Origin: Elusimicrobiota bacterium
GTDB lineage: Bacteria > Elusimicrobiota > Elusimicrobia > F11
Assembly (NCBI GenBank): GCA_044221725.1
Contig: JBGAON010000002.1
Coordinates: 403,000-466,999, forward strand
Direction of reading: 5' to 3'
DNA: 64,000 bases
A model generated the notes under the pieces. That model was not told the DNA's origin. It saw only the letters and a list, made by a program, of their open reading frames with translations, and searched no databases. Below, piece after piece: positions 26,981 through 37,619 of the stretch. Positions within the stretch are counted from its first letter, which is position 1, and each line of letters starts with the position of its first letter. A program made the position numbers and the translations under genes.

Positions 26981-27146
26981 AAGAGGTGGGACTTGGAAAC
27001 TGTTTTGCAGCGCGCGGATTGTAACACAACGACGTCATTCCGACAAATTCGCGACGGATCCGATCGAAATGGGGAGTGTGAAATAAAACCGCTCAGTAAA
27101 TCTCGATGGTTTGGTTCCGGAATGGAATAAAGAAGGTTTTCGCTAT

Positions 27147-27174
27147 TTGTATCTCCAATTTATGCTGGTAGAAT
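27147..27174 (+). promoter_or_regulatory. candidate sigma70 promoter upstream of kaiC-like gene
   Basis: TTGTAT, 16-nt spacer, TGgTAGAAT (extended -10 like), about 44 nt upstream of the ATG. Confidence 0.3.
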
Positions 27175-27217
27175 ATTTTTTGCGAATTCCCATACGAATA
27201 ATTTTATGAGGTGAGAA

Positions 27218-28687
27218 ATGAATTCGAAAACAGCGAATGGTATCCACACCTGCGTGTCAACCGGTAACCCAGGGCTCGATGAAGTTCTTTCCGGAGGTTT
27301 CACTCCGAACCGTCTTTATTTGATTGAAGGAGATCCCGGCTCCGGAAAAACAACCCTCGGCTTACAGTATTTGCTGGAAGGCGTTAAGAATGGGGAAACC
27401 GTCATGTATGTGACGCTTTCCGAAACAACCGAAGAATTGGCGGCGGTCGCCGCCTCTCACGGTTGGTCGCTTGACGGAATCCACGTGGTTGAACTTGTGC
27501 CGTCTGAGCGCGCGTTAGAAAGCGATGCGCAATATACGATGTTTCATCCTTCCGAAGTGGAATTGAACGAAACAACAAAGGCCGTGTTGGACAAGGTCGA
27601 GGAACACAAACCAACCCGAATCGTTTTTGATTCGCTTTCAGAAATGCGGTTGCTCGCGCAAAATCAATTGCGGTATCGGCGCCAAATCCTTGCGTTGAAA
27701 CAGTTTTTTGTTGGACGAAATTGCACGGTTGTGTTGTTGGATGACCGCACGGCCGAACAATCCGATATACAGCTCCAAAGTATCGCGCACGGTGTTTTAA
27801 CGCTCGAGCAATTATCTCCGAACTATGGCGCCGAACGTCGCCGACTGCGCGTCATGAAGTTTCGCGGAAAGAGATACCGCGGCGGATACCATGACTTCGT
27901 CATTCGGCAGGGGGGAATTGATATTTTCCCGAGGTTGATAGCGGCGGAGCATCACAGCGCGTTTTCGCAACAGCTTCTTTTGAGCGGCAATGCCGGGTTG
28001 GATGCGCTTATGGGCGGTGGAATCAATCCGGGAACAAGCACGCTGTTAATCGGACCCGCCGGTGCGGGCAAATCTTCTCTTGGTATGCAATATGTGGTTG
28101 CGGCGGCGAACCGAGGACAGAAGTCTTGCGTATTTATCTTTGATGAGAGCATCAACACGTATTTAACGCGAAGCGCCGGCCTTGGAATGGATTTGGCTCC
28201 ATATATTGAAAACAAGCAAGTGACTCTCCAACAGGTTGATCCGGCCGAATTGTCGCCGGGAGAATTCGCCGGAGCCGTCCGTGCCGCGGTCGCCAAACAC
28301 GGTCCTCGCGTGATTGTTATTGACAGTCTCAATGGATATTTAAACTCTATGCCCGAAGAAGACTTTCTCACCGTGCAAATGCACGAGCTGCTGACGTATC
28401 TTGGCCAGATCGGAGTCAACACATTCCTTGTGGTGGCCCAAGCAGGCTTGATTGGTGCGATGTCCGCACCTATTGATGTGAGTTATCTCGCTGATAACGT
28501 GATTCTCTTCCGATATTTCGAGTCAAAAGGGGCCATCCGTCAGGCCATTTCGGTGATTAAAAAACGCTCGGGTAACCACGAGCGAACGATTCGCGAGCTC
28601 AGTATGAGCGGTGCCGGTATTAAAATTGGTGAACCTCTTTTACGGTTTTCAGGAATTCTGCAGGGGACGCCAACATTCGATGAATAG
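27218..28687 (+). CDS. kaiC: KaiC-family double RecA-like ATPase
   Basis: 489 aa with two RecA-like halves: Walker [10 protein letters not shown] and GPAGAGKSS, acidic pair in SETTEEL (CI catalytic EE position), Walker B-like hydrophobic-D/E blocks in each half. Confidence 0.85.
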   Translation: MNSKTANGIHTCVSTGNPGLDEVLSGGFTPNRLYLIEGDPGSGKTTLGLQYLLEGVKNGETVMYVTLSETTEELAAVAASHGWSLDGIHVVELVPSERALESDAQYTMFHPSEVELNETTKAVLDKVEEHKPTRIVFDSLSEMRLLAQNQLRYRRQILALKQFFVGRNCTVVLLDDRTAEQSDIQLQSIAHGVLTLEQLSPNYGAERRRLRVMKFRGKRYRGGYHDFVIRQGGIDIFPRLIAAEHHSAFSQQLLLSGNAGLDALMGGGINPGTSTLLIGPAGAGKSSLGMQYVVAAANRGQKSCVFIFDESINTYLTRSAGLGMDLAPYIENKQVTLQQVDPAELSPGEFAGAVRAAVAKHGPRVIVIDSLNGYLNSMPEEDFLTVQMHELLTYLGQIGVNTFLVVAQAGLIGAMSAPIDVSYLADNVILFRYFESKGAIRQAISVIKKRSGNHERTIRELSMSGAGIKIGEPLLRFSGILQGTPTFDE

Positions 28688-29870
28688 CCTTTTCGAAAGA
28701 ATCTTGATTCTCGCCCCAACGGGTAAGGATGCGATGCTCAGCCAGCGAATTCTTACCGAAGCGGGCCTAAAGGCAGAACCTGTACCGGATATGGAGCAAT
28801 TGTGCCGAAAAATTGAAGAGGGAGCAGGCGCCGTTATTCTCACAGAGGAATCTGTGGAGGAAGACCGCGCGAGAAGGTTGCGGGCCACGTTACAGAAAGA
28901 ACAGTCGTGGTCGGATATTCCGATTCTTGTGATTACGAAGGGCGGGGCCGATTCACCAGTGGCCGCCCATGCATTGGAAAAACTGGGGGATGTGATTTTG
29001 CTGGAGCGACCCGTGCGGATCGGCACATTGGTGAGTGCGTGCCGGGCATCTCTTCGAACTCGGAATCGGCAATTGGCCTTGCAAAAAAAAGAGGCGGAGT
29101 TGGTCGAGAAGACCGATCGGCTTATTCAGTCGAATCTCGAGTTGGAACAATTTGCGTATGTTAGTTCGCATGATCTTCAGGAGCCGTTGCGAAAAATTTC
29201 GTTGATGACGGATTTAATGGCGATCCAATGCAGCGATAAGCTTGATGACAATGGACGTCGTCAGCTTCAAGGCATCGCGGATGGTTCCCGTCGAATGGGC
29301 CAATTAATAAAGGATTTGCTTGATTATGCGCGACTGACAAAATCGGATTCCTCAGCCGAAGAGACGGATTTGAACGCGGTGCTGAAGCAAGTATTATCGG
29401 ATCTCGAGATCCGGATAAATGAGAAACAGGCGCGTGTGAGCTTCGACACGTTGCCCACGGTTACCGCGGAAAAGGCACGTTTGCATCATGTGTTTCTCAA
29501 TCTTATTAGTAACGCACTGAAATTTTCTCGAAGCGAACCACCGGAAATCCATGTGACGTCGCACGAGGAAAATGGATTTGTCCGCATTTCGATCTCGGAC
29601 AACGGGATTGGAATTGATCCGTTGTTTTCCGCGAAAATTTTTCAGGTTTTTCAGCGGCTTCACAGTCGGCACAAATATCCGGGGACGGGCATTGGACTCG
29701 CAATCTGTAAGAAGGTTGTCGAACATCACGGCGGAAAGATATGGGTTGAGTCCAAACTCGGCGAAGGATCAACGTTTCACTTTACGCTTCCCGTCATCCC
29801 CTCTGGAAATCCGGGCAATCAAAACCCTCTCGTGAATTCCGAACGCGCGGCTTTCGCGACCGCAAATTAG
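28680..29870 (+). CDS. histidine kinase with N-terminal pseudo-receiver domain
   Basis: ATG lies within the last codons of kaiC. N-terminal receiver-like fold lacks the acidic pocket and phospho-acceptor Asp ([18 protein letters not shown]). Then H-box [10 protein letters not shown]-box [12 protein letters not shown]-boxes DNGIGID and GTGIGL. Confidence 0.8.
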   Translation: MNSLFERILILAPTGKDAMLSQRILTEAGLKAEPVPDMEQLCRKIEEGAGAVILTEESVEEDRARRLRATLQKEQSWSDIPILVITKGGADSPVAAHALEKLGDVILLERPVRIGTLVSACRASLRTRNRQLALQKKEAELVEKTDRLIQSNLELEQFAYVSSHDLQEPLRKISLMTDLMAIQCSDKLDDNGRRQLQGIADGSRRMGQLIKDLLDYARLTKSDSSAEETDLNAVLKQVLSDLEIRINEKQARVSFDTLPTVTAEKARLHHVFLNLISNALKFSRSEPPEIHVTSHEENGFVRISISDNGIGIDPLFSAKIFQVFQRLHSRHKYPGTGIGLAICKKVVEHHGGKIWVESKLGEGSTFHFTLPVIPSGNPGNQNPLVNSERAAFATAN

Positions 29871-31606
29871 TCGCTTTCGCTGGAATGAAGGAGTCCTTTG
29901 TAGATTCCGATGAGATTGCTTTTGGTGACGATTCCGATAATTTTTTTATTGGCGTCCACCACCACAATTCGATCAACGTCATGGACGTTCATCAGACGTA
30001 CGGCTTCCGTAAGAGATCTGTGCGGGTCCACCGTCGGTGCGGATCGGCGCATAACGTCGCGAGCCGTACGTTCATCGGTTTTTGATCCCGCCCCAAATGT
30101 TTTTTTGAGCTCGGCGTACGTCAGAAGTCCCACCAGCTCGCCGTTCTCTTCAACGACCGGATAACCTGTGTGCGAATGATGAGAGATAAAGTCGGACACG
30201 GCCCCCAACGTCATTGTGGCCGGAATCGTTATCACTCGGCGCGTCATTACTTGCTCCACGTGGTATTTCTCGAGCGCTCGTAGTTCGGCGATTTCGTGGG
30301 TGCGCACCCCTTTCTTCAGTAACTTGCGGGTGTCGATGCTCTCTGGATCCAATGTTCGCGCGAAAGCGGTGGTGACACCGACGGCAAACATTAAAGGCAA
30401 CACGAGATTGTAATCGCCGGTTAGTTCAAACATCAAAATTATGGCCGTGAACGGTGCAAAGGTTATTCCGGCAAACATCGCGCCCATTCCGACGATCATG
30501 TAGGCGCCCGCAGGGGCGGCCGCTGGAAAGACGAAATGCACGGCGCGGCCCACGCCGCCGCCGACCATAGCGCCCATTAACAGAAATGGAATAAAAATTC
30601 CGCCCGAGCCACCGGATCCAATCGTCACGGCGCAGGCAACAATCTTTGCCAGCAGCAGGATCAACATTGCGTTCGACGTCCACGGCTGAACAAATTCGGC
30701 GTCCAGCACACGCGGAATAACATCGTGGCCGTTTCCCATGACGTCCGGCACCCCAAGTGCGAGCAGCCCAATAATGGCGCCTCCGGTCATTGTTTTTATG
30801 TACGGTGGAACTTTCCAGTCAGCGAATGCGTGGTCGACCGCGAAGTATGTTTGGACAAAAAATTTGGCCACAATGGCGGCAAGAATTGCGAGAGCGGCGT
30901 AGAAAACAAGCTCGACGGGATGATTGAACGCGAAACTCGGAGGCACCCGCACAAATTCGCGATTCCCAAGCAAAAGGTGGGTTGATATGGAGGCCGTAAC
31001 GGTCGAGAGGATCACCATCACAAATGTTTCCGATGCGAATTCGCGGAGCAGCACCTCGATTGCAAATAACACACCGGCGATGGGCGCGTTGAAAACCGCC
31101 GCGAAACCCGCTGCAGCGCCGGCAATGGCCAGATTCTTCACTTGTTCGGCCGATAGTTTTCGTGCACCGGCCAAATAAGACCCGATTCCCGCACCAATGG
31201 AGACCACGGGTGCTTCCGGGCCGGCCGCCGCGCCGGAGCACGTGGTAAAAATACTGGCTATTGTTTTAATCACCGTGTAACGGGGTGAAATTTTTCCATC
31301 TTTTCGCCGCAACGCGTACATAAGATCGGCGGTGCCTGTGCCCTTTGCGTTCGGATCCCATAACAATGCGAGACCCGCGAGTAAACCGCCAATCGTCGGA
31401 ATTAAAAAAATCAACAAGCGGCCCACCGCGATACCCAAAAAGCGGGATTCTCCGGGGTGCGATGGCCAAAACTCTACCGTTTCAATCAGTCGAATGAACG
31501 CCCATGCAGAAACGCTTGTGCCGAGGCCAACCAGCAGCGCGAGTGCGAAAAGCAACTTGGTTTCCGTAAAACGGACGAGGCGAAGCAGTTTGCTCCAAGC
31601 AATCAT
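29867..31606 (-). CDS. ClC-family chloride channel / H+-Cl- antiporter with C-terminal CBS pair
   Basis: 579 aa; [11 protein letters not shown] and GxFxP-type selectivity motifs, polytopic, two C-terminal CBS-like repeats. Confidence 0.9.
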   Translation of the reverse strand: MIAWSKLLRLVRFTETKLLFALALLVGLGTSVSAWAFIRLIETVEFWPSHPGESRFLGIAVGRLLIFLIPTIGGLLAGLALLWDPNAKGTGTADLMYALRRKDGKISPRYTVIKTIASIFTTCSGAAAGPEAPVVSIGAGIGSYLAGARKLSAEQVKNLAIAGAAAGFAAVFNAPIAGVLFAIEVLLREFASETFVMVILSTVTASISTHLLLGNREFVRVPPSFAFNHPVELVFYAALAILAAIVAKFFVQTYFAVDHAFADWKVPPYIKTMTGGAIIGLLALGVPDVMGNGHDVIPRVLDAEFVQPWTSNAMLILLLAKIVACAVTIGSGGSGGIFIPFLLMGAMVGGGVGRAVHFVFPAAAPAGAYMIVGMGAMFAGITFAPFTAIILMFELTGDYNLVLPLMFAVGVTTAFARTLDPESIDTRKLLKKGVRTHEIAELRALEKYHVEQVMTRRVITIPATMTLGAVSDFISHHSHTGYPVVEENGELVGLLTYAELKKTFGAGSKTDERTARDVMRRSAPTVDPHRSLTEAVRLMNVHDVDRIVVVDANKKIIGIVTKSNLIGIYKGLLHSSESD

Positions 31607-31731
31607 GGGTTGGCGATGGACCTCTTGTTATTCATGAAGATGCGTATATCTTAGGTTTTTTTACAACTCGGTCGAAGACGTGCATCCATCGATAGTGTTT
31701 TCAATTCGTATGAAATGGGTAGATTCTGAAA

Positions 31732-33096
31732 GTGAGGTGTGTGATGCTGCGTGAAACGAATGCGTTGCCGCGAATAAGAGTCGTCGGCGGCGGATTTGCT
31801 GGACTTGAGACGGCGCGGGCTCTCGCGAACGCACCGGTAAAGATTCTGCTTTGCGACCGGCGTAACCATCATGTGTTTCAACCTTTGCTGTATCAAGTCG
31901 CCACGGCGTCGCTCTCTCCAGCGGACATCAGTGCACCCATTCGGTCGATTCTACGGGAACAAGACAACTGCGAAGTTGCGCTGGCCGAGGTAACCGGAGT
32001 GGACCTGGGGAATCGCCGTCTTCTGCTTGGTCGTGATTTTGTCGGCTACGATTATCTTGTGCTTGCGGCCGGAGCGACCCATGCCTATTTTGGTCACGAG
32101 CAATGGGCGGAAATTGCGCCGGGACTTAAGACGATCGAAGACGCGACGGCGCTGCGCCGCCGAATTCTTTTGGCATTTGAATCCGCCGAATACGAAGGAA
32201 GCGCCGACGCTCGCCGCGCTGCGCTTACCTTCGGAATTGTCGGAGCCGGTCCGACCGGGGTGGAGTTGGCGGGTGCGATAAAGGAGATCGCGGGTCGCAC
32301 GTTGCCGAAAGACTACAAACACATCGACACGCGAACCACGCGCGTGATTATTTTCCAAGGGGGCGACCGCGTTCTTCCTTCGTTGCCTTCCAAATTAAGC
32401 GCGCGTGCCAAAAAAGACCTCGAAGATATGGGAGTGGAGGTGCGCCTCAACTCGCGCGTCACCGATGTGACCGAAGAGGGCGTTTACATTGGCGATGAAT
32501 TTATTGCCGTGCGAAATGTGTTTTGGGCGGCCGGTGTGCGGGCGAATTCACTGGGACGAAAATTGGGCGTTCCGGTCGACAAAGTGGGGCGAGTGATTGT
32601 GAATTCAGATCTCAGCGTGCCGGGCCATCCGGAAGTGTTTGTCATCGGCGATATGGCCGCCGCGAAACTGGGTTCGGCGAACAATTTTGTTCCGGGAGTG
32701 GCCCAGGCAGCGATTCAGATGGGGCGATACGTTGGCAAAACCATTTTCAGCGAAGTTTCGAGTTCATCGAAACCAAGCGTTCGCGCGCCATTCCAATACC
32801 ATGATAAAGGCACGATGGCCGTCATCGGAAAAGCAAAGGCCGTGGCGAGCATTGGCAGGTTCCACTTCGGTGGTTTTTTTGCCTGGCTGCTGTGGGGCGG
32901 TGTGCATATCCGGTCATTGATCGGGCTCCATAACCGCGTGCAGGTGTTGCTGAACTGGTTTTGGAATTGGTTGCTAAACGCGCGCGATGCGCGGCTTATC
33001 ACGGGGAATTCGAAACTTACAATTGAGAAGCCACGTTCGGCGGATTTTGTCTCCGCGACGCCGGTAGACGACAAATCAGCGGCCAAACAAAATTGA
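31732..33096 (+). CDS. ndh: type II NADH dehydrogenase (NDH-2)
   Basis: 454 aa; two Rossmann dinucleotide motifs (RIRVVGGGFAG; FGIVGAGPTGVELAG); C-terminal amphipathic/hydrophobic membrane anchor. Confidence 0.85.
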   Translation: MRCVMLRETNALPRIRVVGGGFAGLETARALANAPVKILLCDRRNHHVFQPLLYQVATASLSPADISAPIRSILREQDNCEVALAEVTGVDLGNRRLLLGRDFVGYDYLVLAAGATHAYFGHEQWAEIAPGLKTIEDATALRRRILLAFESAEYEGSADARRAALTFGIVGAGPTGVELAGAIKEIAGRTLPKDYKHIDTRTTRVIIFQGGDRVLPSLPSKLSARAKKDLEDMGVEVRLNSRVTDVTEEGVYIGDEFIAVRNVFWAAGVRANSLGRKLGVPVDKVGRVIVNSDLSVPGHPEVFVIGDMAAAKLGSANNFVPGVAQAAIQMGRYVGKTIFSEVSSSSKPSVRAPFQYHDKGTMAVIGKAKAVASIGRFHFGGFFAWLLWGGVHIRSLIGLHNRVQVLLNWFWNWLLNARDARLITGNSKLTIEKPRSADFVSATPVDDKSAAKQN

Positions 33097-33138
33097 TCAG
33101 CCCCATGTTGGCGCGCGGATAAGTTATAGTGCCGACCT

Positions 33139-34404
33139 ATGGGATTTTCACGATTTAATTTATCGAGCTCGCTTCTGCAAGCAATCACGCAACTCGGCTA
33201 TGCCGAGCCGACTCCGATCCAACAGCAGGCGATTCCAGAAGCGTTGAAGGGGCGCGATCTCCGCGCATGCGCTCAAACAGGGACCGGAAAAACGTGCGCG
33301 TTCATGATTCCAATTGTGGAACAGTTGATTTGCCATCCGCCCACGCATCGACCGAGCGCGTTGATTTTGACGCCTACGCGAGAGCTCGCCGCACAAATAG
33401 TTTCGGTGACGCATGGCTTGATAAAAGGCTCGCGGCTTCGCACGGCGCTTGTTCTGGGGGGCGTGAACATCAACCAGCAAATTCGAGAACTTCGTTCGCC
33501 CGTGGACATTGTTGTAGCGACGCCCGGCCGCTTGTTGGATTTGCTTGAACGAAACAGCCTTACTCTCCGCTACATTAAAACGTTGGTGCTTGATGAAGCG
33601 GACCGCATGCTGGATATGGGGTTTTTACCGGACATCAAGCGTATTCGAGCGCAGGTTCCGTATCAACGGCAGACGATGCTTTTTTCCGCCACGTTTGGAC
33701 CTGAAATTAAAAATCTAACGCACGAGTTTCTCAAAAACCCGGTTGTGATCGAGGTATCTCGCTCATCAACAGCCACATCCGCAAACGTGACGCAAATGGT
33801 CTATCCGGTCCCTTCGGGTCAAAAAAAGGCGTTTTTGCAAGCGCTGCTGGAGCTCTCGAACATGACGTCGGCCTTGATATTCACGCGCACCAAGCACGGC
33901 GCCAACAAACTGATGTTTAGTATTCAAGGTTGGGGGAAACAGGTCGCTGTCATCCATTCGAATAAAAGCCAGTCCGCACGGCAACAAGCGCTGCAAGGAT
34001 TCAAAGACAAGCGTTATCAGATCCTGGTTGCCACGGATATTGCGGCGCGCGGTATTGATGTGAAAGATATTAGCCACGTGATTAACTACGATGTTCCGCG
34101 TCACGCCGAGGACTATGTTCATCGTATTGGACGCACCGGTCGTGCCGAGGCGGTCGGAGAGGCATTCACGCTTGTTTCTCCTGAAGAAGAAGAATTCATT
34201 AAAAAGATAGAAAACTTCATCAAAAAACCGATCCCACGAGGCGTTATTCCTGATTTTCCATACGAACAGCGCCCGCAGATTTTTAAAAACTCTCCAACAA
34301 CGCCTTCGGCGTCGCAACACCACCAACATCGGTCACCATCGCACAACCGACCGGAAAATCGCCCGCGCCGCCGAAAAATTCGCTGGCGTCGACGCCATCA
34401 TTGA
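33139..34404 (+). CDS. DEAD-box ATP-dependent RNA helicase
   Basis: Q-motif region, AQTGTGKT, DEAD, SAT, HRIGRTGRA motifs; Arg-rich C-terminal tail. Confidence 0.9.
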   Translation: MGFSRFNLSSSLLQAITQLGYAEPTPIQQQAIPEALKGRDLRACAQTGTGKTCAFMIPIVEQLICHPPTHRPSALILTPTRELAAQIVSVTHGLIKGSRLRTALVLGGVNINQQIRELRSPVDIVVATPGRLLDLLERNSLTLRYIKTLVLDEADRMLDMGFLPDIKRIRAQVPYQRQTMLFSATFGPEIKNLTHEFLKNPVVIEVSRSSTATSANVTQMVYPVPSGQKKAFLQALLELSNMTSALIFTRTKHGANKLMFSIQGWGKQVAVIHSNKSQSARQQALQGFKDKRYQILVATDIAARGIDVKDISHVINYDVPRHAEDYVHRIGRTGRAEAVGEAFTLVSPEEEEFIKKIENFIKKPIPRGVIPDFPYEQRPQIFKNSPTTPSASQHHQHRSPSHNRPENRPRRRKIRWRRRHH

Positions 34405-34405
34405 T

Positions 34406-35176
34406 GTGAGCTTCGGAGTCCACGTCCTGGCTTTTTCAGTGCTTTTTTTTCTTTCGCTGGTCGGGTTCATCCTTTTGGGATGGCGCTATGGTCGAAGCGC
34501 GGCGCGGCCGGGTGACTCAATGGAGGGCTTAAGAGGAACGGAGGCCGCCATATTCGGTGTGCTCGGTCTTTTGCTCGCTTTCACATTTCATGGCGCTGCT
34601 TCCCGGTTCGATGAACGACGCCATTTGGTTGTTGATGAAAGCAACGCTATTGGAACCGCCTACCTTCGTTTGGATTTGCTTCCATCATCCGTTCGAAATG
34701 AAGCACAAGATTTGTTCAGGCAATATGTGGATGAACGCCTGGCCACGTATTCGAACTGGTTGGATGACCAAACACGCGATCAAAGATCCCAGGCAGCGCA
34801 GCAGATCCAAAATCGGATTTGGGCGCTTACCATCGCATCGATAGAGAAAGGCGCATCATCGCAGGTGGGAATCTTGTTGCTGCCGGCCCTCAACCAGATG
34901 TTCGATATCGCCAACACCCGCATGATGTACGTCCGTATCCATCCACCGATGATTATTTATCTTTTGTTGACCGCCATTGCCCTCTTGTGTGCGACGATTG
35001 CTGGACACAGCATGGCACGGTATCCGGTGCGCAATTGGCTGCATATTCTCGGCTTTTCATTTATGCTTGCGCTCATTTTTTACGTAATTATCGATATCGA
35101 ATACCCGCGCGCTGGATTTATTCGCTTAAATGACATCGATCAAACGCTGCTTGATCTTCGACAAAGCATGAAATAA
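34406..35176 (+). CDS. hypothetical membrane protein
   Basis: 256 aa; hydrophobic segments at both ends, helical soluble middle; starts 1 nt after the helicase stop. Confidence 0.4.
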   Translation: MSFGVHVLAFSVLFFLSLVGFILLGWRYGRSAARPGDSMEGLRGTEAAIFGVLGLLLAFTFHGAASRFDERRHLVVDESNAIGTAYLRLDLLPSSVRNEAQDLFRQYVDERLATYSNWLDDQTRDQRSQAAQQIQNRIWALTIASIEKGASSQVGILLLPALNQMFDIANTRMMYVRIHPPMIIYLLLTAIALLCATIAGHSMARYPVRNWLHILGFSFMLALIFYVIIDIEYPRAGFIRLNDIDQTLLDLRQSMK

Positions 35177-35223
35177 ATCGCCACGGCGCAAAGACTTGCC
35201 AACAGTTGATATGATCCGCGCCG

Positions 35224-36318
35224 ATGAACGAATTCAAGACAGACCGGTTTAATTTTTATTTTGTTGGCGCGCTGCTGCTGATCGGCTTCAATGTTTGGCA
35301 CACCACCACGAGGCCCCTGTGGCCGGGCTCGATCCGTAAGTCCTTAACGATTGGAGAGCCGGTTATCGCGCTCGCCAAGACCGTGGATCCAAAAATCGAA
35401 ATTTCTCGGCCCTATGATGGTCAGTTTGTGTACGCAATCTCTCTTGACCCGTTGATTTTAACCCGCGCTTCTATTTCTTCGATCGATTTGCCCACCTATC
35501 GTTACCGCCGCATGCTGTTGCCGTTTCTCGCGTGGGTTTTGAGCCTCGGTCATTTGCCGATAATTCCGTATTTCCTTTTTGTTCTAAACCTGGCCGCTTG
35601 GATTGCGATTGGTATGGCGGGGGCACAAATCGCAAAAATTGAAAAGATAAACGCGGCGGTGGTCGTTCTTGGGCTCGTAACGATTGCAGGTCTCAGCTTT
35701 TCGGCTGTGCGCTCGCTCACGGAGCCGATGTCGGTGGCGTTTACGTTGTGGGCTTGTGTCTGGTACCGGAAAAACAATTTTTTACCGATGATCGTGTGCT
35801 TCGCATTGGCCATGCTCGCGCGCGAGCGCGCCGTCGTGGCGGCGCTCGTTGTCTGCGCCTACGGAATCTACGAACGCAAATATTCGCTCGTGAGAGGCCT
35901 CTTGATGTTTGCGGCTATTTGCGGGCCGCTCGCCTTGTGGATGCTCTACGTAAAATGGCGCATCCCGGCTGATTCGTATCCGTACGCCTCCCGAATGACA
36001 CTGCCGGGTATCGGTTTTTGGCGGGAAACGGTTTGGGCCGGAACATACAACACGACAAAAACCGAACTCGTGCGGTCGCTCAGCATCAATATTGTATTCA
36101 TCCTAATGACCGTATTTGCATCGGTTTTCTTTTGGCGTCGGCGGAATGTGTGGGGCGCTTTGGCGCTGTGCGAGTTGATTTTTTGTTCGATGTTGCAAGG
36201 CGGGCTGTGGAACAATTGGGTGGATTCCTCGCGCATGGTTTTGCCGCCGACCGCATTTTTTCTCGTTTGGCTGTTCACGATAAAGTCCGTGTCCGCCGCG
36301 CCGGGCCGATCAACATGA
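35224..36318 (+). CDS. polytopic integral membrane protein (possible GT-C-like partner)
   Basis: 364 aa, multiple TM helices; stop overlaps the next ORF start (ATGA). Confidence 0.5.
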   Translation: MNEFKTDRFNFYFVGALLLIGFNVWHTTTRPLWPGSIRKSLTIGEPVIALAKTVDPKIEISRPYDGQFVYAISLDPLILTRASISSIDLPTYRYRRMLLPFLAWVLSLGHLPIIPYFLFVLNLAAWIAIGMAGAQIAKIEKINAAVVVLGLVTIAGLSFSAVRSLTEPMSVAFTLWACVWYRKNNFLPMIVCFALAMLARERAVVAALVVCAYGIYERKYSLVRGLLMFAAICGPLALWMLYVKWRIPADSYPYASRMTLPGIGFWRETVWAGTYNTTKTELVRSLSINIVFILMTVFASVFFWRRRNVWGALALCELIFCSMLQGGLWNNWVDSSRMVLPPTAFFLVWLFTIKSVSAAPGRST

Positions 36319-37616
36319 AATCGCTGACTTTCACTCAAAAATTCACCACGGCCCTGTTGTTTGCGTTTGCGCTGGCGATCCTCACGATTCACATCAACAA
36401 CGACTGGGAGTTGGTTCATGAAGAAGATAGCGCGATTTACACCACTATCGCGTTAAGTCATAACTTTCTCGGTTTTCGACGGACGAACTTTCACGATGTG
36501 TTTTATGATCGCCATGAGAAGAACGCGTACTTTTATGCGCATCATCCACCATTGGCTTCGATCTTATTGGCGCTCGTGTTCCGAGCGGTCGGATACGACG
36601 CGCCGTGGGTGGTGCGATCGCTGCCAATTTCGTTTCAGCTGATTAACTTGGCGCTGCTGCTCTTTTTCCTCAGTCGAAAGTTTGACTACGACGATGTTTT
36701 GTTTGCGGGATTTGTTTGGGCCGCGATCCCTATGGGCGCCTTTTTTGGGCGTGTTTTTACGCAAACGGTCTTGGCGTCGGTTCCAATTCTCGTGCAGCTG
36801 ATTTCTTATTACTTCTTCAAAACGACAAACCAGAGACGTTGGAAAATTGTTTTTTACGTCATGATCGTTTTTGGTGCGCTGATCGATTGGAGTCCGCTGT
36901 TTTTCTCGCTTACGTATTTGCTTGTTGAAAGCTGGGAATGGTGGAAGACGCGAGCGAACACGGGCTTTGTGGTCGGCATCTTTTCTGTCATGGCGTTCAT
37001 AACGGTGTTTAATATCGTCCACATGTATTCCTGCGGTCACAATCTGCGGCTTTTTGAACAAGCGCTGCACGGCAACGCGCACAATCAGAAATTCACATTC
37101 GTTCAGTTCATCGGCACAGTGTTGGATTTTTATCGTCGCTATTTTACGCACGTGGGATTTGCGGCGAGCATTTTGGTCGGCATCGCACTAGCGCGGCGTT
37201 CAAGCGTCCTTCATGAAAAACTGTTCGGAACGATCAACGATCCGATGTTCGAGCGCGTCATGGGCATTGCGTTCGTGGGCGCCATGATCCACATCTGCAT
37301 GACGCCGTCGTACTCGAAGGTCCATCATTATTGGTATTTTTATTTTATGCCGTACGCCGTGCTTTCGATTTTTGTGCTTTTCTTGTTTTTAAAGGACCGT
37401 TTTTATTTGAAGCCGGCACGGCTGGTGTCGGCGGTGGTGTTTAGCGAATTCCTAATTATGTCGGTTTATATGCTCAATATTCGGCACACGCGTTGTTTGA
37501 AATACTCGACGCAGTGGACGAAAGAGGTGCGGGAAAAGTATTTGATGCCGTGTTCCATCGCTCATCTGCCATACAATAAAGAGAATCTTCAAAAAATAAA
37601 TACCGCGAATACGTAG
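36315..37616 (+). CDS. GT-C-fold-like membrane glycosyltransferase family protein (PMT/ArnT-like)
   Basis: Start placed at internal ATG 36315 (MKSLTF...); the longer 36018 ORF overlaps the previous gene. First loop HEEDSAIY then YAHHPPLASILLALVF resembles the acidic-motif plus HPPL block of GT39/GT83 enzymes. Confidence 0.5.
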   Translation: MKSLTFTQKFTTALLFAFALAILTIHINNDWELVHEEDSAIYTTIALSHNFLGFRRTNFHDVFYDRHEKNAYFYAHHPPLASILLALVFRAVGYDAPWVVRSLPISFQLINLALLLFFLSRKFDYDDVLFAGFVWAAIPMGAFFGRVFTQTVLASVPILVQLISYYFFKTTNQRRWKIVFYVMIVFGALIDWSPLFFSLTYLLVESWEWWKTRANTGFVVGIFSVMAFITVFNIVHMYSCGHNLRLFEQALHGNAHNQKFTFVQFIGTVLDFYRRYFTHVGFAASILVGIALARRSSVLHEKLFGTINDPMFERVMGIAFVGAMIHICMTPSYSKVHHYWYFYFMPYAVLSIFVLFLFLKDRFYLKPARLVSAVVFSEFLIMSVYMLNIRHTRCLKYSTQWTKEVREKYLMPCSIAHLPYNKENLQKINTANT

Positions 37617-37619
37617 GGC

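Noticed and set aside
26784-27038. Two overlapping ORFs (84 and 60 aa) on opposite strands
   Set aside because: They cover the tRNA-Asn gene (26909-26980) and its flanks; the cloverleaf explains the region.
26766-27217. tRNA-Asn as a possible genomic-island integration site
   Set aside because: No integrase, direct repeat of the tRNA 3' end, or mobile-element genes were seen on either side; flanking genes are chromosomal-type.
34330-34404. Arg-rich C-terminal tail of the DEAD-box helicase running up to the next gene
   Set aside because: Basic C-terminal extensions are common in DEAD-box helicases; read as a genuine tail, not a frameshift.
36018-36314. N-terminal extension of the 532-aa ORF starting at 36018
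   Set aside because: It overlaps the 3' end of the preceding membrane protein in another frame; an internal ATG at 36315 gives an ATGA-coupled start and a sensible hydrophobic N-terminus.
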